Below the pieces are notes generated by a model. That model did no database searches, had not been told where the DNA came from, and worked only from the letters and a program-made list of their open reading frames with translations. Source: Escherichia coli 042 (GTDB taxonomy: Bacteria; Pseudomonadota; Gammaproteobacteria; Enterobacterales; Enterobacteriaceae). Taken from it: a stretch of 64,000 bases of DNA. This document shows positions 1-9,873 of the stretch, one piece after another (positions within the stretch are counted from its first letter, which is position 1; the number at the start of each line of letters is the position of its first letter). The position numbers and the translations under genes are program-made. The stretch lies in the NCBI RefSeq assembly GCF_000027125.1, contig NC_017626.1, one strand, 5' to 3'.

Positions 1-826
1 AATGACAAAAGAATTGATGTTCATCAGAATAGTTAAAACACTTCAGATAAACAATTATCGTTAAGTAAATACAGTTCATGATGGATAAGATTAAAATCAA
101 TTACTGTTTCAGTGAAGACTGATAACAGATGAATATCATCAGTAGAATGGTAGAGGATAACTTATCTGAGTATCGTATGAATTACAGTAGTTATGCCTAA
201 TGAAGAAGGAAGTGGATATTATGATAATGGTGACAATGAAGATTAGACAAAGAAGAGTGTGAGTAAAGACAGAGTGAATATAATTATAGTAATAAACCTA
301 AATTAAAATTATCCATGTTTGATGTAAAATAATAATATACTGACAACCATGAAGATAAGAAAAAGAGAGTGCAGGTATCAGGAAGATCTCAGGATATGAA
401 GATTCCCACAACACAGATTTAAAATCAGTCGAATATAATAAATTTAAAAACCTTAATTAAAATGTAATCTCATCCATGGTTAACATGCTCCTGAAAAGAA
501 AATTTACAAATACCGTATGCTACCAACTAATTACAACAATGATATATGTACATTCAATAAGAATACAGATAAAATATTAATACCAACTTCCAGTATCAAG
601 ATCGTATCGCGAACTTCAGATGCGCTATGAGGCAGTTCAATTTTTAACTTTCGTTTTCCTCTTCCTCCCTGGCTTCATATGCATAAGCGACTTGAAAGAC
701 CCGATGATAGTTACAATTTCAGGTTGTGGCATGACGATCAATTTGTAACTGAAACAATGAACGGTAACGCTGCCATATAAACATCAAAATGCGAGCATTA
801 CAGCGACATTGAACCGATTAGATGTA
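1..826. other. AT-rich, C-poor tract with no ORF of 60 aa or more on either strand; possible decayed gene remnant
   Basis: ORF track has nothing in 1..826. Hand count of + strand 1..300 gives about 28 C, so strong purine skew with G well above C. Stops in all frames. Confidence 0.3.
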
Positions 827-1573
827 TCACTCATAATCAGAACAAGATGATGTATCCTGAGATATAAGAAAATCATCAAGAGAACCTCCGGCTTTTATTG
901 CTTCTGCAATAACATTAGGCCGACGACCTTGTCCACTCCAGTACATTGTTTGACCGTTATACTCATACCTGTATTTATTAGACTCTCCTGAATCGTTTTT
1001 CCTGCCCGTCTGTAATTTTTTGCCAAATTCACGTTCGTCGATCATGGTAATGATATAGCGACGCATTTCACCCATTCTGAGCTCAATGGCGTCCATCCCA
1101 ATGAGCTCACCGGTCTTTACCGGACGGTAGTGCTTTGGCCGGCGGGGTTTGGCGGTTCGCTTTTTGACAAGCAGAGCCTTACCCCGCGAGCTCAGACGTA
1201 CTGGTATCATCCGCATTTTATCGTGTGCGGTGGCGATCATTCTGCCGATGGTGGAAACACTCGGGCAGGTCAGATGGCGCTGTGCGCACCAGGGCTTCAG
1301 GCGAACAAAAATCTGCTCTTTACCGAGGTTTGGCAGCTCTGTCCTGAGGCGTCGAATCTCTTTCAGCACATCGGGATGCCAGTGCTTTTTTCGTCGCACC
1401 AGAGGTGCCTTACTGTGCGGGATTAGCCCCTCAGGTCCTCCCTTGTTCAGTAACTGACGCCACCAGTAAAGCGTGCGGCAGGACACGCCAAAGGCTTCAG
1501 AAGCCGCAGAAATACCGTGTTTATCCCAGAAGTGCAGAGCCTTCATTCTCATTGTTGCTATATCAGCTGTCAC
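827..1573 (-). CDS. transposase-like protein (N-terminal HTH plus start of an integrase/DDE core), probably truncated or decayed
   Basis: 248 aa ORF. N-terminal HTH-like segment WDKHGISAASEAFGVSCRTLYWWRQ; basic linker; GELIGMDAIE...RRYIITMIDEREF resembles the start of a DDE integrase core, then non-homologous tail. Family not assigned. Confidence 0.45.
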   Translation of the reverse strand: MTADIATMRMKALHFWDKHGISAASEAFGVSCRTLYWWRQLLNKGGPEGLIPHSKAPLVRRKKHWHPDVLKEIRRLRTELPNLGKEQIFVRLKPWCAQRHLTCPSVSTIGRMIATAHDKMRMIPVRLSSRGKALLVKKRTAKPRRPKHYRPVKTGELIGMDAIELRMGEMRRYIITMIDEREFGKKLQTGRKNDSGESNKYRYEYNGQTMYWSGQGRRPNVIAEAIKAGGSLDDFLISQDTSSCSDYE

Positions 1574-2102
1574 GAACGGTGCAATAGTGATCAGCCATCA
1601 CTGAAAGCCTCAACGCATAATCGGCCGTTTAGGATAGCCAACCATCAGATGCTGCATTTGCATAGTGCAATCTCCCCTTACTTATCCGGAGGCAATTGCA
1701 ATATCTCTGTGAACTTACACATAGGTGTAATCAATAAGGGCGTACGGAGATTGCCCGTTATTGCTGCAGGATCGGCAGACTGGTTTCCGTCCTTGCGCAT
1801 ATAACTGTACAACTACAGAGAAAAGCATCAATGCACGCTTTATGTTGCGTCAGGGCAGCGAACGACTCCTTTTGTTGACGACACATATCACCTTCTGTAC
1901 TGCTAATTATGGCATTCAGCGTCTCCCCGAGTTTTAAGCTCCTGCTCTTACGAACCAGCGACAAGCAATAAATAACTATGGCAATGAATCTAATAACAGC
2001 ATAAATATGAGACTCATCGATACTCATCGTGATTAGTATAATCGGGGCATAATTGGGGCAGAATTATATTCACTGTCTGATTTATTATTGGGTTAAATAT
2101 AA

Positions 2103-2555
2103 TTAAAGTGTTCTCAAAAGTCTGGCTGGATTACCGGCATACACGCCTTTTACCAGTACGGGCTTTGTAACCACACTACCAGCACCAATCACTGCTCCAC
2201 TGCAAATTTCTGTTGTTAAAATGGTCGCTCCGCTACCCACTGTTACAGTGTTACCTAATACGATGCGTATCCAGCTTTCTGCAGAGGCATCGGGACCACC
2301 ACACTTAAAAAGATCATTAGCAAAAGTTACGCCATGACCGATGAAACAGCCATCACCTAAAATGACGTTCTCACAGATGAAACTGTGGGACTGAATTCGG
2401 CTCCGGTTGCCAATGATACATCCCTTCTGTATTTCCACAAAGGGACCGATAAAAACATCATCCCCCAGTTCACATTCATAGAGGTTTACTGGCATGACGA
2501 CTTTCACATTTTCACCAAATTTCACATCACGAATGCGGCTGTCAATAACGTTCAT
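2103..2555 (-). CDS. hexapeptide-repeat (left-handed beta-helix) sugar O-acetyltransferase, WbbJ/CysE-like
   Basis: 150 aa. Repeated [LIV]G-x4 hexapeptides (IGNRSRIQSHSFICENVILGDGCFIGHGVTFAND ... VGSGATILTTEICSGAVIGAGSVV). Isolated between IS remnants. Confidence 0.7.
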   Translation of the reverse strand: MNVIDSRIRDVKFGENVKVVMPVNLYECELGDDVFIGPFVEIQKGCIIGNRSRIQSHSFICENVILGDGCFIGHGVTFANDLFKCGGPDASAESWIRIVLGNTVTVGSGATILTTEICSGAVIGAGSVVTKPVLVKGVYAGNPARLLRTL

Positions 2556-2962
2556 ATCCGTTGTATCCTCCCTCAGGATGATTCTTATCAGAACATTTCA
2601 CCTGTCAGAATATTCCCGGTAATGTGATACAAGAGCCAGTCTCACCGGGTACCACGTGTTATTGCCCGTATCCTTTTACCCGTTACGAGTGTACAACCGG
2701 TTTTATATTTTGCAATCCAGGCCTGTTACACCAGAGCATCCTCTCACTGCCCCCTCACTGGTCAATCCGGGATTCAAATTCATCCTCCAGCACTAAACCC
2801 CATACCAGTCCTGAACCTTCCCTCGCCAGCAGCCAGACTCCTACTGTTCACCACAATCCTCTTCCGTGAATGGCCGTAAGTGCGCAGCACCAAAATAATG
2901 AGGTAGCCTGAGTTTAACGGACACTCCTTCCTGAAATAGAATGGCATCAGAAGGAGCTAATA

Positions 2963-3225
2963 ATGAGCAGAAAAACCCAACGTTACTCTAAAGAGTTCAA
3001 AGCCGAAGCTGTCAGAACGGTTCTTGAAAATCAACTTTCGATCAGTGAAGGCGCTTCCCGATTATCTCTTCCTGAAGGCACTTTAGGACAATGGGTTACC
3101 GCCGCCAGAAAAGGGCTCGGTACTCCTGGTTCCCGCATGGTGGCTGAACTGGAATCTGAAATTCTGCAACTGCGTAAGGCGTTAAATGAAGCTCGCCTTG
3201 AGCGAGATATATTAAAAAAAGCAAC
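2963..3225 (+). pseudogene. IS3-family orfA (HTH transposase subunit), interrupted at codon 88 by IS30
   Basis: MSRKTQRYSKEFKAEAVRTV... HTH OrfA. Slippery A AAA AAA G motif at about 3211..3219 lies 3 bp before the IS30 end, so OrfAB frameshift fusion is disrupted. Confidence 0.7.
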
Positions 3226-4446
3226 TGTAGATTCAATCTGTCAATGCAACACCCCTTTCAATTATCTCTTTCGGTGTTTTGAACTTCAGTGTCTTTCTCG
3301 GTCTGTTGTTTAGCTGAGCAGCAACCAGATCTAGTTCATGTTGAGTATATTGGGCAAGACATGTCTTTTTAGGAAAGTACTGCCGAATTAGCCCATTTGT
3401 ATTCTCATTTGTTCCCCGCTGCCAAGGACTCTGAGGATCGCAGAAGTAAACTTTAACGCCGGTGCTGACAGTAAATTCTAGATGTCTGGCCAGTTCCATT
3501 CCTCTGTCCCATGTCAGTGATTTTCTGAGTTCTGACGGTAAACTCAGGAATTTGTCGGTAAGAGCCTGATTTACTGAGACAGAATCTTTGCCCCTGAGTC
3601 TAAGGATGATCGTATAACGTGATTTTCGGTCTACAAGTGTGGCTATATGAGAGTTTTTTGTACCTGAGACTAAATCGCCCTCCCAATGCCCCAGAGAGCG
3701 TCTGTTATCGATATTTCGGGAACGTTCGTGAATTGGTGTTCCGTTCACTATGTTAATCGTACCTCTTTCGCCTTTGCGGGTATGACGCCTGCCATGGCGA
3801 AGGCTATGCGACCGTCGCAGATGCTGTATATTCAGGTGGTGTTGCGCTTCACGGCTACGAAAGTACAGCGTTTTATAAATTGTCTCAGGTGATATTCGCA
3901 GCGTTTTTTGACGTGGTTTTGTTCGCCTTAACCATCCTGATATTTGCTCTGGAGACCATTTCATCTCCAGCTTTTCCAGAACAAGCTTTCGCAATGGTAA
4001 ATTTTGATCCAGTAAGCACGGTTTTGGCCTTTTCGCCATTCTGTTGGCTCGGTTATTAGCATCAACAGCTTTGTAATAGCGTCTGCCCCGATTACGCTGA
4101 ACTTCACGTGAGATCGTCGAAGGACTGCGATTCAGCGCAGTAGCTATCGCACGAATGCTCATTTTGGCTGACAAACCAGCTCGTATCTCCTCGCGCTCAG
4201 ACAGTGTCAGGTGAGCTACAGCCCGCTTACGCTCATGGGGTTTTATGCCGCCAGTATCCCTTAACATAGTGAAGATCGTTCCGGGTTTTGAACCCAGGAT
4301 ATTCGCTATTTCACTGAAGCCTGTTCCGTTCTTCCATAGTTCAAAAACAGAGGCTTTTTCCTCTGCTGTAAATGTTCGTCTCATTCAAAAAACCTCCACA
4401 ACCCCATGTTTTCACATAACTGTTGCGTTGACCAATTGAATCTACA
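3226..4446 (-). mobile_element. IS30, complete 1221-bp copy
   Basis: Terminal inverted repeats TGTAGATTCAAT at 3226 and reverse-complemented at 4446; length exactly 1221 bp; 2-bp flanking duplication AC (3224..3225 and 4447..4448); encodes a 383 aa transposase. Confidence 0.85.
3233..4384 (-). CDS. insI: IS30 transposase
   Basis: 383 aa; N-terminal HTH (GFSEIANILGSKPGTIF), DDE core with HWEGDLV motif characteristic of IS30-family transposases. Confidence 0.85.
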   Translation of the reverse strand: MRRTFTAEEKASVFELWKNGTGFSEIANILGSKPGTIFTMLRDTGGIKPHERKRAVAHLTLSEREEIRAGLSAKMSIRAIATALNRSPSTISREVQRNRGRRYYKAVDANNRANRMAKRPKPCLLDQNLPLRKLVLEKLEMKWSPEQISGWLRRTKPRQKTLRISPETIYKTLYFRSREAQHHLNIQHLRRSHSLRHGRRHTRKGERGTINIVNGTPIHERSRNIDNRRSLGHWEGDLVSGTKNSHIATLVDRKSRYTIILRLRGKDSVSVNQALTDKFLSLPSELRKSLTWDRGMELARHLEFTVSTGVKVYFCDPQSPWQRGTNENTNGLIRQYFPKKTCLAQYTQHELDLVAAQLNNRPRKTLKFKTPKEIIERGVALTD

Positions 4447-4523
4447 ACAGCGTATTTTGCACAGGAGTCGCTGAAAAATTCGCGTTAATCGAACAATGGC
4501 GACAACAATTTCCCATTGAAGCG

Positions 4524-5342
4524 ATGTGTCAGGTATTTGGTGTATCCAGGAGCGGTTATTACAACTGGGTACAGCATGAACCCTCAGACAGAAAACAAAG
4601 TGATGAGCGGCTAAAACTGGAGATTAAGGTGGCACATATCCGCACTCGCGAAACATATGGAACCCGGCGGCTCCAGACGGAGCTGGCAGAGAATGGCATC
4701 ATCGTTGGTCGTGACCGACTGGCACGTCTTCGTAAGGAGCTAAGGCTACGCTGTAAGCAGAAACGCAAGTTCAGAGCGACTACGAACTCGAACCACAATC
4801 TGCCAGTTGCGCCAAATCTGCTGAACCAGACGTTCGCTCCTACAGCACCAAATCAGGTCTGGGTGGCGGACCTGACGTATGTTGCCACACAGGAGGGATG
4901 GTTGTACCTCGCTGGCATCAAAGATGTTTATACGTGCGAAATTGTCGGCTACGCCATGGGAGAGCGCATGACAAAAGAGCTGACAGGTAAAGCCCTGTTT
5001 ATGGCGCTCAGGAGCCAGCGCCCACCTGCCGGGCTAATCCACCACTCTGATCGAGGTTCACAGTACTGCGCATACGATTACCGGGTCATACAGGAGCAGT
5101 TTGGTCTGAAAACATCAATGTCGCGTAAAGGTAACTGTTACGACAACGCTCCGATGGAAAGCTTCTGGGGAACGCTGAAAAATGAGAGCCTGAGCCACTA
5201 TCGTTTTAATAACCGGGATGAAGCCATCTCAGTAATACGGGAATACATTGAGATTTTCTACAATCGTCAGCGTCGTCACTCTCGTCTGGGGAATATCTCC
5301 CCGGCAGCCTTCAGGGAAAAATATCATCAGATGGCTGCTTAA
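4524..5342 (+). CDS. IS3-family orfB (integrase-core DDE transposase domain)
   Basis: 272 aa; VWVADLTYV ... HHSDRGSQY ... ESFWGTLKNE integrase catalytic core motifs. Separated from orfA by the IS30 insertion. Confidence 0.8.
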   Translation: MCQVFGVSRSGYYNWVQHEPSDRKQSDERLKLEIKVAHIRTRETYGTRRLQTELAENGIIVGRDRLARLRKELRLRCKQKRKFRATTNSNHNLPVAPNLLNQTFAPTAPNQVWVADLTYVATQEGWLYLAGIKDVYTCEIVGYAMGERMTKELTGKALFMALRSQRPPAGLIHHSDRGSQYCAYDYRVIQEQFGLKTSMSRKGNCYDNAPMESFWGTLKNESLSHYRFNNRDEAISVIREYIEIFYNRQRRHSRLGNISPAAFREKYHQMAA

Positions 5343-5555
5343 AAAAAGAACAAATGGTAGTGTCCGCTATTGCCAGTACACCTCATAAATCGGTACTTCC
5401 GATGACAGACAGTGAAAGCGTAAGGAGAAATATGAACATGAGAATGGAAGCAGATACATGACTTCAGGACGACTTTTTCAGAAAACGAGCTAAGGGCGTT
5501 GGCTGACGCCCTTACTGTGGCATAAGCTCAGGCACCGGATGCCGTTTTACAGGGT

Positions 5556-6287
5556 TCACCTGCCATCCAGTAGACGCCCCGGCCCACGACTGCAACCATA
5601 ATTACGTTGCCCGGAACCGTTATGCAGCTTCGTTTCATATTTCACGAGATAACTGGCTCTGTTCCGGGCTTTCTGCAGCGCTTCCACATCACCACGCTTG
5701 ATCCAGAGAACAGCGGCTTCACCCGGCTTTTTGTCTGAAGCCTTCCTGGTATCAGAACATCCACCCGACAAAGGCGTGTCATCGGAAGAAGGGCGAGCAT
5801 CAGACGATGCTGGTTTACGGGAAGGCGTCCACCTGGAAAAATGGACCTGGCCATCGCCTTGCCAGGGCTCAAGATGCAGGGCGCTGCACCATGCCTCTAG
5901 GATCATCGTCGCCAGCGAAGATGGTTCGCTGAAATCCCCGAGCGAGCACCAGGTATCTTTGTTGAGCAGTAATATCACGTGATAATGTTTCCTGCCATAC
6001 ATCTTGCCGAACTCCCGGCACCAGAAATAACGCAGGCTGGTTGCATGCACACGCTGATTGGCACATCTTTTTTTCCGCTGGTAAGCCTGAATTTTGGCTT
6101 TCAGGGATGCAAAAAAACGAGAAATCACCGCTGAATCCGGATCGGGATCCATGATGGTGACAGGCATATACTCAGGAAACCGTAAATCCACCCGGATTAA
6201 CGAGACGGCACGGTGTTGCACCAGGGCACTGTTGAGAATACTTTCAAAACGGGATAACCAGTAATCATTGTGTATTGGTTGATTCAT
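5556..6287 (-). CDS. YagK/YfjJ-family protein (inovirus Gp2-like), CP4-like element backbone
   Basis: 243 aa; resembles cryptic-prophage YfjJ/YagK proteins by recollection (YWLSRFESILNSAL ... HYHVILLLN). Confidence 0.5.
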   Translation of the reverse strand: MNQPIHNDYWLSRFESILNSALVQHRAVSLIRVDLRFPEYMPVTIMDPDPDSAVISRFFASLKAKIQAYQRKKRCANQRVHATSLRYFWCREFGKMYGRKHYHVILLLNKDTWCSLGDFSEPSSLATMILEAWCSALHLEPWQGDGQVHFSRWTPSRKPASSDARPSSDDTPLSGGCSDTRKASDKKPGEAAVLWIKRGDVEALQKARNRASYLVKYETKLHNGSGQRNYGCSRGPGRLLDGR

Positions 6288-6956
6288 GATGAGAGATCTC
6301 CGTTGATTTGGATTGACTTCACATCATTAATCGCCGCGGTAAAACTTTACGGCATCCCACCAATGAGCAACGCCAATAGCTCCTGATTAAAACGGAATGA
6401 ATCGTCCCGTAACGAAAAGATAATCCTGCACACGACAGCAAAACGTAAAACAACGGCATGAATGAGCTAAATGTCTAAAGAAAAACTGCCTTTTCACATT
6501 ATTTTTCAGCGAGTGATCATACCAGCATCCCTAACATACGAAATCGCATCGTGATCGATCGCTGATTCGCCGAACAACTGATCGAATACACCTGAATCTG
6601 CACTAACATCCTGATGGGTAACGGAAGACTAAAAAACCAGTGTTCTATTGATTGCACGGAATGCCTGTGCGCTGGCCTGACCAGTAAGCACAATTCTACG
6701 AGTAGTAAGATATCTACTCCAAAACCATGCGCAGTAGCCACCATATGTTGCCAGGGTGAAAAATAAGCTCAGAACTATAGGGGAGTAATTCCCGTTAATG
6801 TCATCGCCGTACCTCAATCAGCTCACAAACTGGCTGAAACGTTAAGCTGAGGCCTTTATTCTTCAGATGTATTTTCCGGTTTACCTGTAAATTATCTTCT
6901 GATATTTATCACATTAGTAATTGTGCTGATTATCTACATACTTCAAGGTCTGAAAT

Positions 6957-7487
6957 ATGAAGCTAACAGAAGAAAGTCTGAATCTAGTCATTGACATCCT
7001 GAATGATTTGATCTGTGAAGGAAAAATGCTGAACGATGTGGAGCGCAGATCTCTGCTCAATGCAGTTATGGCAATTACAGCGGTAAAAGAACGTTCTGTC
7101 GTATCTGTATCATCCCGAAAAGAGCAAAGTAAGAAGGAGAAGAAGGAAAGAGAGATCGATCCTCGTTTCCCAAATGCTGGTGTGGCATGGAATGAGGCAG
7201 ACGAGAATTTATTGCGAGATGTTCTGGAGGATGTACCGGACGATGAAATTGGTAAACACCTTTTCTGGCTGGCAGAGAAACTAGGGCGAACCCCGTACAG
7301 TGTAGCCTGTAAAGTCAGACAAATTAAGAAATTACCTGCAGAATGGAAGGATCAATTTCGTAAAATCTCTGACAGGATCCGTAGTTCTGGAATGTCAGTC
7401 AGTGAATATCTACAACGCCAGGGACTGTTAAGCCCAGAGTCAGGGGAAGAAAACAATCCTGTCAGTCATAACAACAATGTAGCTTAA
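6957..7487 (+). CDS. hypothetical protein, 176 aa, in variable cargo slot
   Basis: Intact ORF with ATG start, charged low-complexity linker (KEQSKKEKKERE) between two small domains, followed by a hairpin terminator. No family recognised. Confidence 0.5.
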   Translation: MKLTEESLNLVIDILNDLICEGKMLNDVERRSLLNAVMAITAVKERSVVSVSSRKEQSKKEKKEREIDPRFPNAGVAWNEADENLLRDVLEDVPDDEIGKHLFWLAEKLGRTPYSVACKVRQIKKLPAEWKDQFRKISDRIRSSGMSVSEYLQRQGLLSPESGEENNPVSHNNNVA

Positions 7488-7500
7488 TCCTGAAGAAGAT

Positions 7501-7537
7501 GAACAGTTTATACTCTTTAAACTGTTCCCTTAATTTT
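7501..7537 (+). terminator. rho-independent terminator candidate after the 176 aa ORF
   Basis: GAACAGTTTA / loop TACTCTT / TAAACTGTTC perfect 10-bp stem followed by CCTTAATTTTA. Confidence 0.45.
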
Positions 7538-8051
7538 AGAAAAACAGTTTGTGTAAGTGCATGCTCCAACATTCTGAAGGCATTATTTCTTACAATACAT
7601 CATAATCATTGGCAGATCCTCATCTGAATCAAAACACCACAACCAATCATCACACTTTTTCTGAAAAGAGCCTTATGATGAAGATAATCACCTTACGCTG
7701 AGAAAAAACACTAGGGCCAGTTAATCACCTTATCAATCTCGCCGTTACAAAATCATCCATAAGCCATTTAACAGTGTTATCGCAAACTCACAGTAAATCG
7801 CATCAGGTTACCTCAATCGGATTTGAGTTAATTCACTGGGCTTTACGTAAAGATACTTTTCTCAGGTTAACGACTAAAACACGAAAACTCAGAAAAGGTT
7901 AAACACAGGTTCAGTAAAATCGAATATCATCTTGATTGCTTAAACAGGACAGAGGGTTTTGTAGTGAGGTTAACTGATTTTAGCGATCGTAAAAAAAGGA
8001 CTAACAAATTTACTAAACTGGATGTGTATCAGACAAAGCAATGTGTGTAGC

Positions 8052-8136
8052 AATGCTTAATGAAAATACTTGTATGATTGTCTATGAAAGTACGTGTATA
8101 ACACTTACTGAAATGCTTAGTAAAAATACGTGTATA
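8052..8136. repeat. imperfect direct repeats (about 25 bp, three copies of a TAC(G/T)TGTAT core) in AT-rich spacer
   Basis: AATGCTTAATGAAAATACTTGTATG (8052..8076) and AATGCTTAGTAAAAATACGTGTATA (8112..8136), with GAAAGTACGTGTATAACAC between; spacing about 30 bp. Confidence 0.5.
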
Positions 8137-8649
8137 TAGTATCATACCGACATTCTCAACTCTTCCAAACATCCATGCAGACTGAATGTTGGTTTCAGTT
8201 TTTCACGGCCAGCATGGATCTTTACTGGTCAAAAAACAGACATGTTTACTCTGGAATTATTTTTCTGATTCCGTCTTCAGAACAACAAAAACTCGTGATA
8301 ACTCTACAACAAACTATCGTAATTGGCTTCTGTAACCCCGTCACTTTTCCTAAGAAATGTGCCCCCATATAATGCGGGAGAGATAAGTCATCGTATACAG
8401 GAAACACTGCCAATCATAACATAACGTCATTCAATAATTTTTATCCATAATCAGATGAGCATATCATGATTATTGAATATTATGATATATAACTCATATG
8501 AATGTGTTATTATCTGTAAGCGTTAAGCATCACATTGCATAACCATACTAAGCTGGATAATCATCAACGTTTTTATATGTAACTCATTGAAATTAATTAT
8601 ATGTTTTTTGTGGATAATTAATATGTAATGTGAAATTAATATTTTCACA

Positions 8650-9873
8650 TCATGAACGCCATTTAAAATTACCATCCTGAATATCATATGACAATATATT
8701 TTCACTAAAGCATGAATTGTATATATCTATTAACTCTGGAAAATTATCAGGATTCACCTTCAAATTCACTTGAATGTTACGTTTAATTTCACCCAGCAGT
8801 TCTTCATGTGTGGATTTTATTATCCCTTTCTCATAATCGATAAATACACACATGTTCTTTATGAATTCAAAACCTTTTCCTGTATACAGTTTAATGAATG
8901 CCACCAGAGCAAACATTTCAAGATATAGCCATAATGCCACGTTAGTTTTTTGCAAAGTATAAAAAATTGAATTCGCCACTCTTTTACTTATTGCTCTTTT
9001 ATACTGTGATCGGGCAAGATTCAGTAGCGGAAGCTCTCGTTCAATAAATGAATGTGAAAAGACTGGATAAATTGATGTAGGAAACCTTTCAGGTCTTATG
9101 ATATTTTCTATTTCCACCATAAATCTATCCATAGAAAGAAAGTCACTTTCTTTTTTTATTCTGGTATAGAGACCGCCTTTATTCCTTTCTGAGGTTTGTT
9201 TTCGTGCTATCCCCCCCAACACTTTCTCTAATTGTTTATTTATCTTCGTATAATTAAATACAACCATTCTTCTTATCATCCTCGGAAGGATAATAATATC
9301 AGTGCTTGAATCACTTGAGCGGCAATTATTATTTATCCATGCAACTTCAAGTTGCAGTATCGGAACATTAACTTTTCTGGGGTGAATATCTCTCTGATAT
9401 CGTTTTTTGTATGCGTTTTCATTAAGATATTCTCTGCTGTAGAGAAACTTATAGCAATATAATCTGATAATATCTTTTATGTAAAATTTAAATAGTTCAC
9501 CTGTAACAGATATATGTTTTCTGCTCAGTAACTCCTGTGTATTAAGCCATTCCCGTGACCGAAGCACACCCTTGTGAAAACTTTTTCTTACTTGCTTTGA
9601 AGCACGCCATTGATGTAATATTTTTGCGTCCTCAATAATTCTCTTTCCCGTTTTATTTTTTGCAGCATCTCTTACTCTATAAAATATCTCCCAGTCCAGA
9701 CTTTTGTCATATCTACTAATTATACGACAAATATTCCTGACCCGACGATTCTCTTTATTTCGCTTCCATAGCTTATAATGATCATCGCATAACCTTAAGG
9801 CATTTGCCTCATCAAATTCTGAAACAGGATTACTGCATTTTTTATTCCGACAGATACCTTTGTTTTTAGCCAT
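8650..9873 (-). CDS. hypothetical protein, 407 aa, AT-rich orphan; N-terminal Cys/His zinc-ribbon-like motif, very basic
   Basis: Long intact ORF in low-GC DNA. CRNKKC-x15-CDDH near N-terminus; K/R-rich throughout. No recognised catalytic motif. Confidence 0.6.
   Translation of the reverse strand: MAKNKGICRNKKCSNPVSEFDEANALRLCDDHYKLWKRNKENRRVRNICRIISRYDKSLDWEIFYRVRDAAKNKTGKRIIEDAKILHQWRASKQVRKSFHKGVLRSREWLNTQELLSRKHISVTGELFKFYIKDIIRLYCYKFLYSREYLNENAYKKRYQRDIHPRKVNVPILQLEVAWINNNCRSSDSSTDIIILPRMIRRMVVFNYTKINKQLEKVLGGIARKQTSERNKGGLYTRIKKESDFLSMDRFMVEIENIIRPERFPTSIYPVFSHSFIERELPLLNLARSQYKRAISKRVANSIFYTLQKTNVALWLYLEMFALVAFIKLYTGKGFEFIKNMCVFIDYEKGIIKSTHEELLGEIKRNIQVNLKVNPDNFPELIDIYNSCFSENILSYDIQDGNFKWRS

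Larger units (their letters stand above)
2899..5385 (+). mobile_element. IS3-family insertion sequence (IS600-like, about 1264 bp after removing the nested insertion), disrupted by IS30
   Basis: Imperfect terminal inverted repeats TGAGGT...CGGACACT at 2899 and reverse-complemented at 5385 (TG..CA ends); flanking 3-bp direct repeat TAA (2896..2898 and 5386..5388); orfA/orfB arrangement. IS600 name is from memory. Confidence 0.7.

Noticed and set aside
8130..8372. GTG-start 80 aa ORF in the cargo spacer
   Set aside because: Non-ATG start, no ribosome-binding site, overlaps the direct repeats; kept only as part of the spacer finding.
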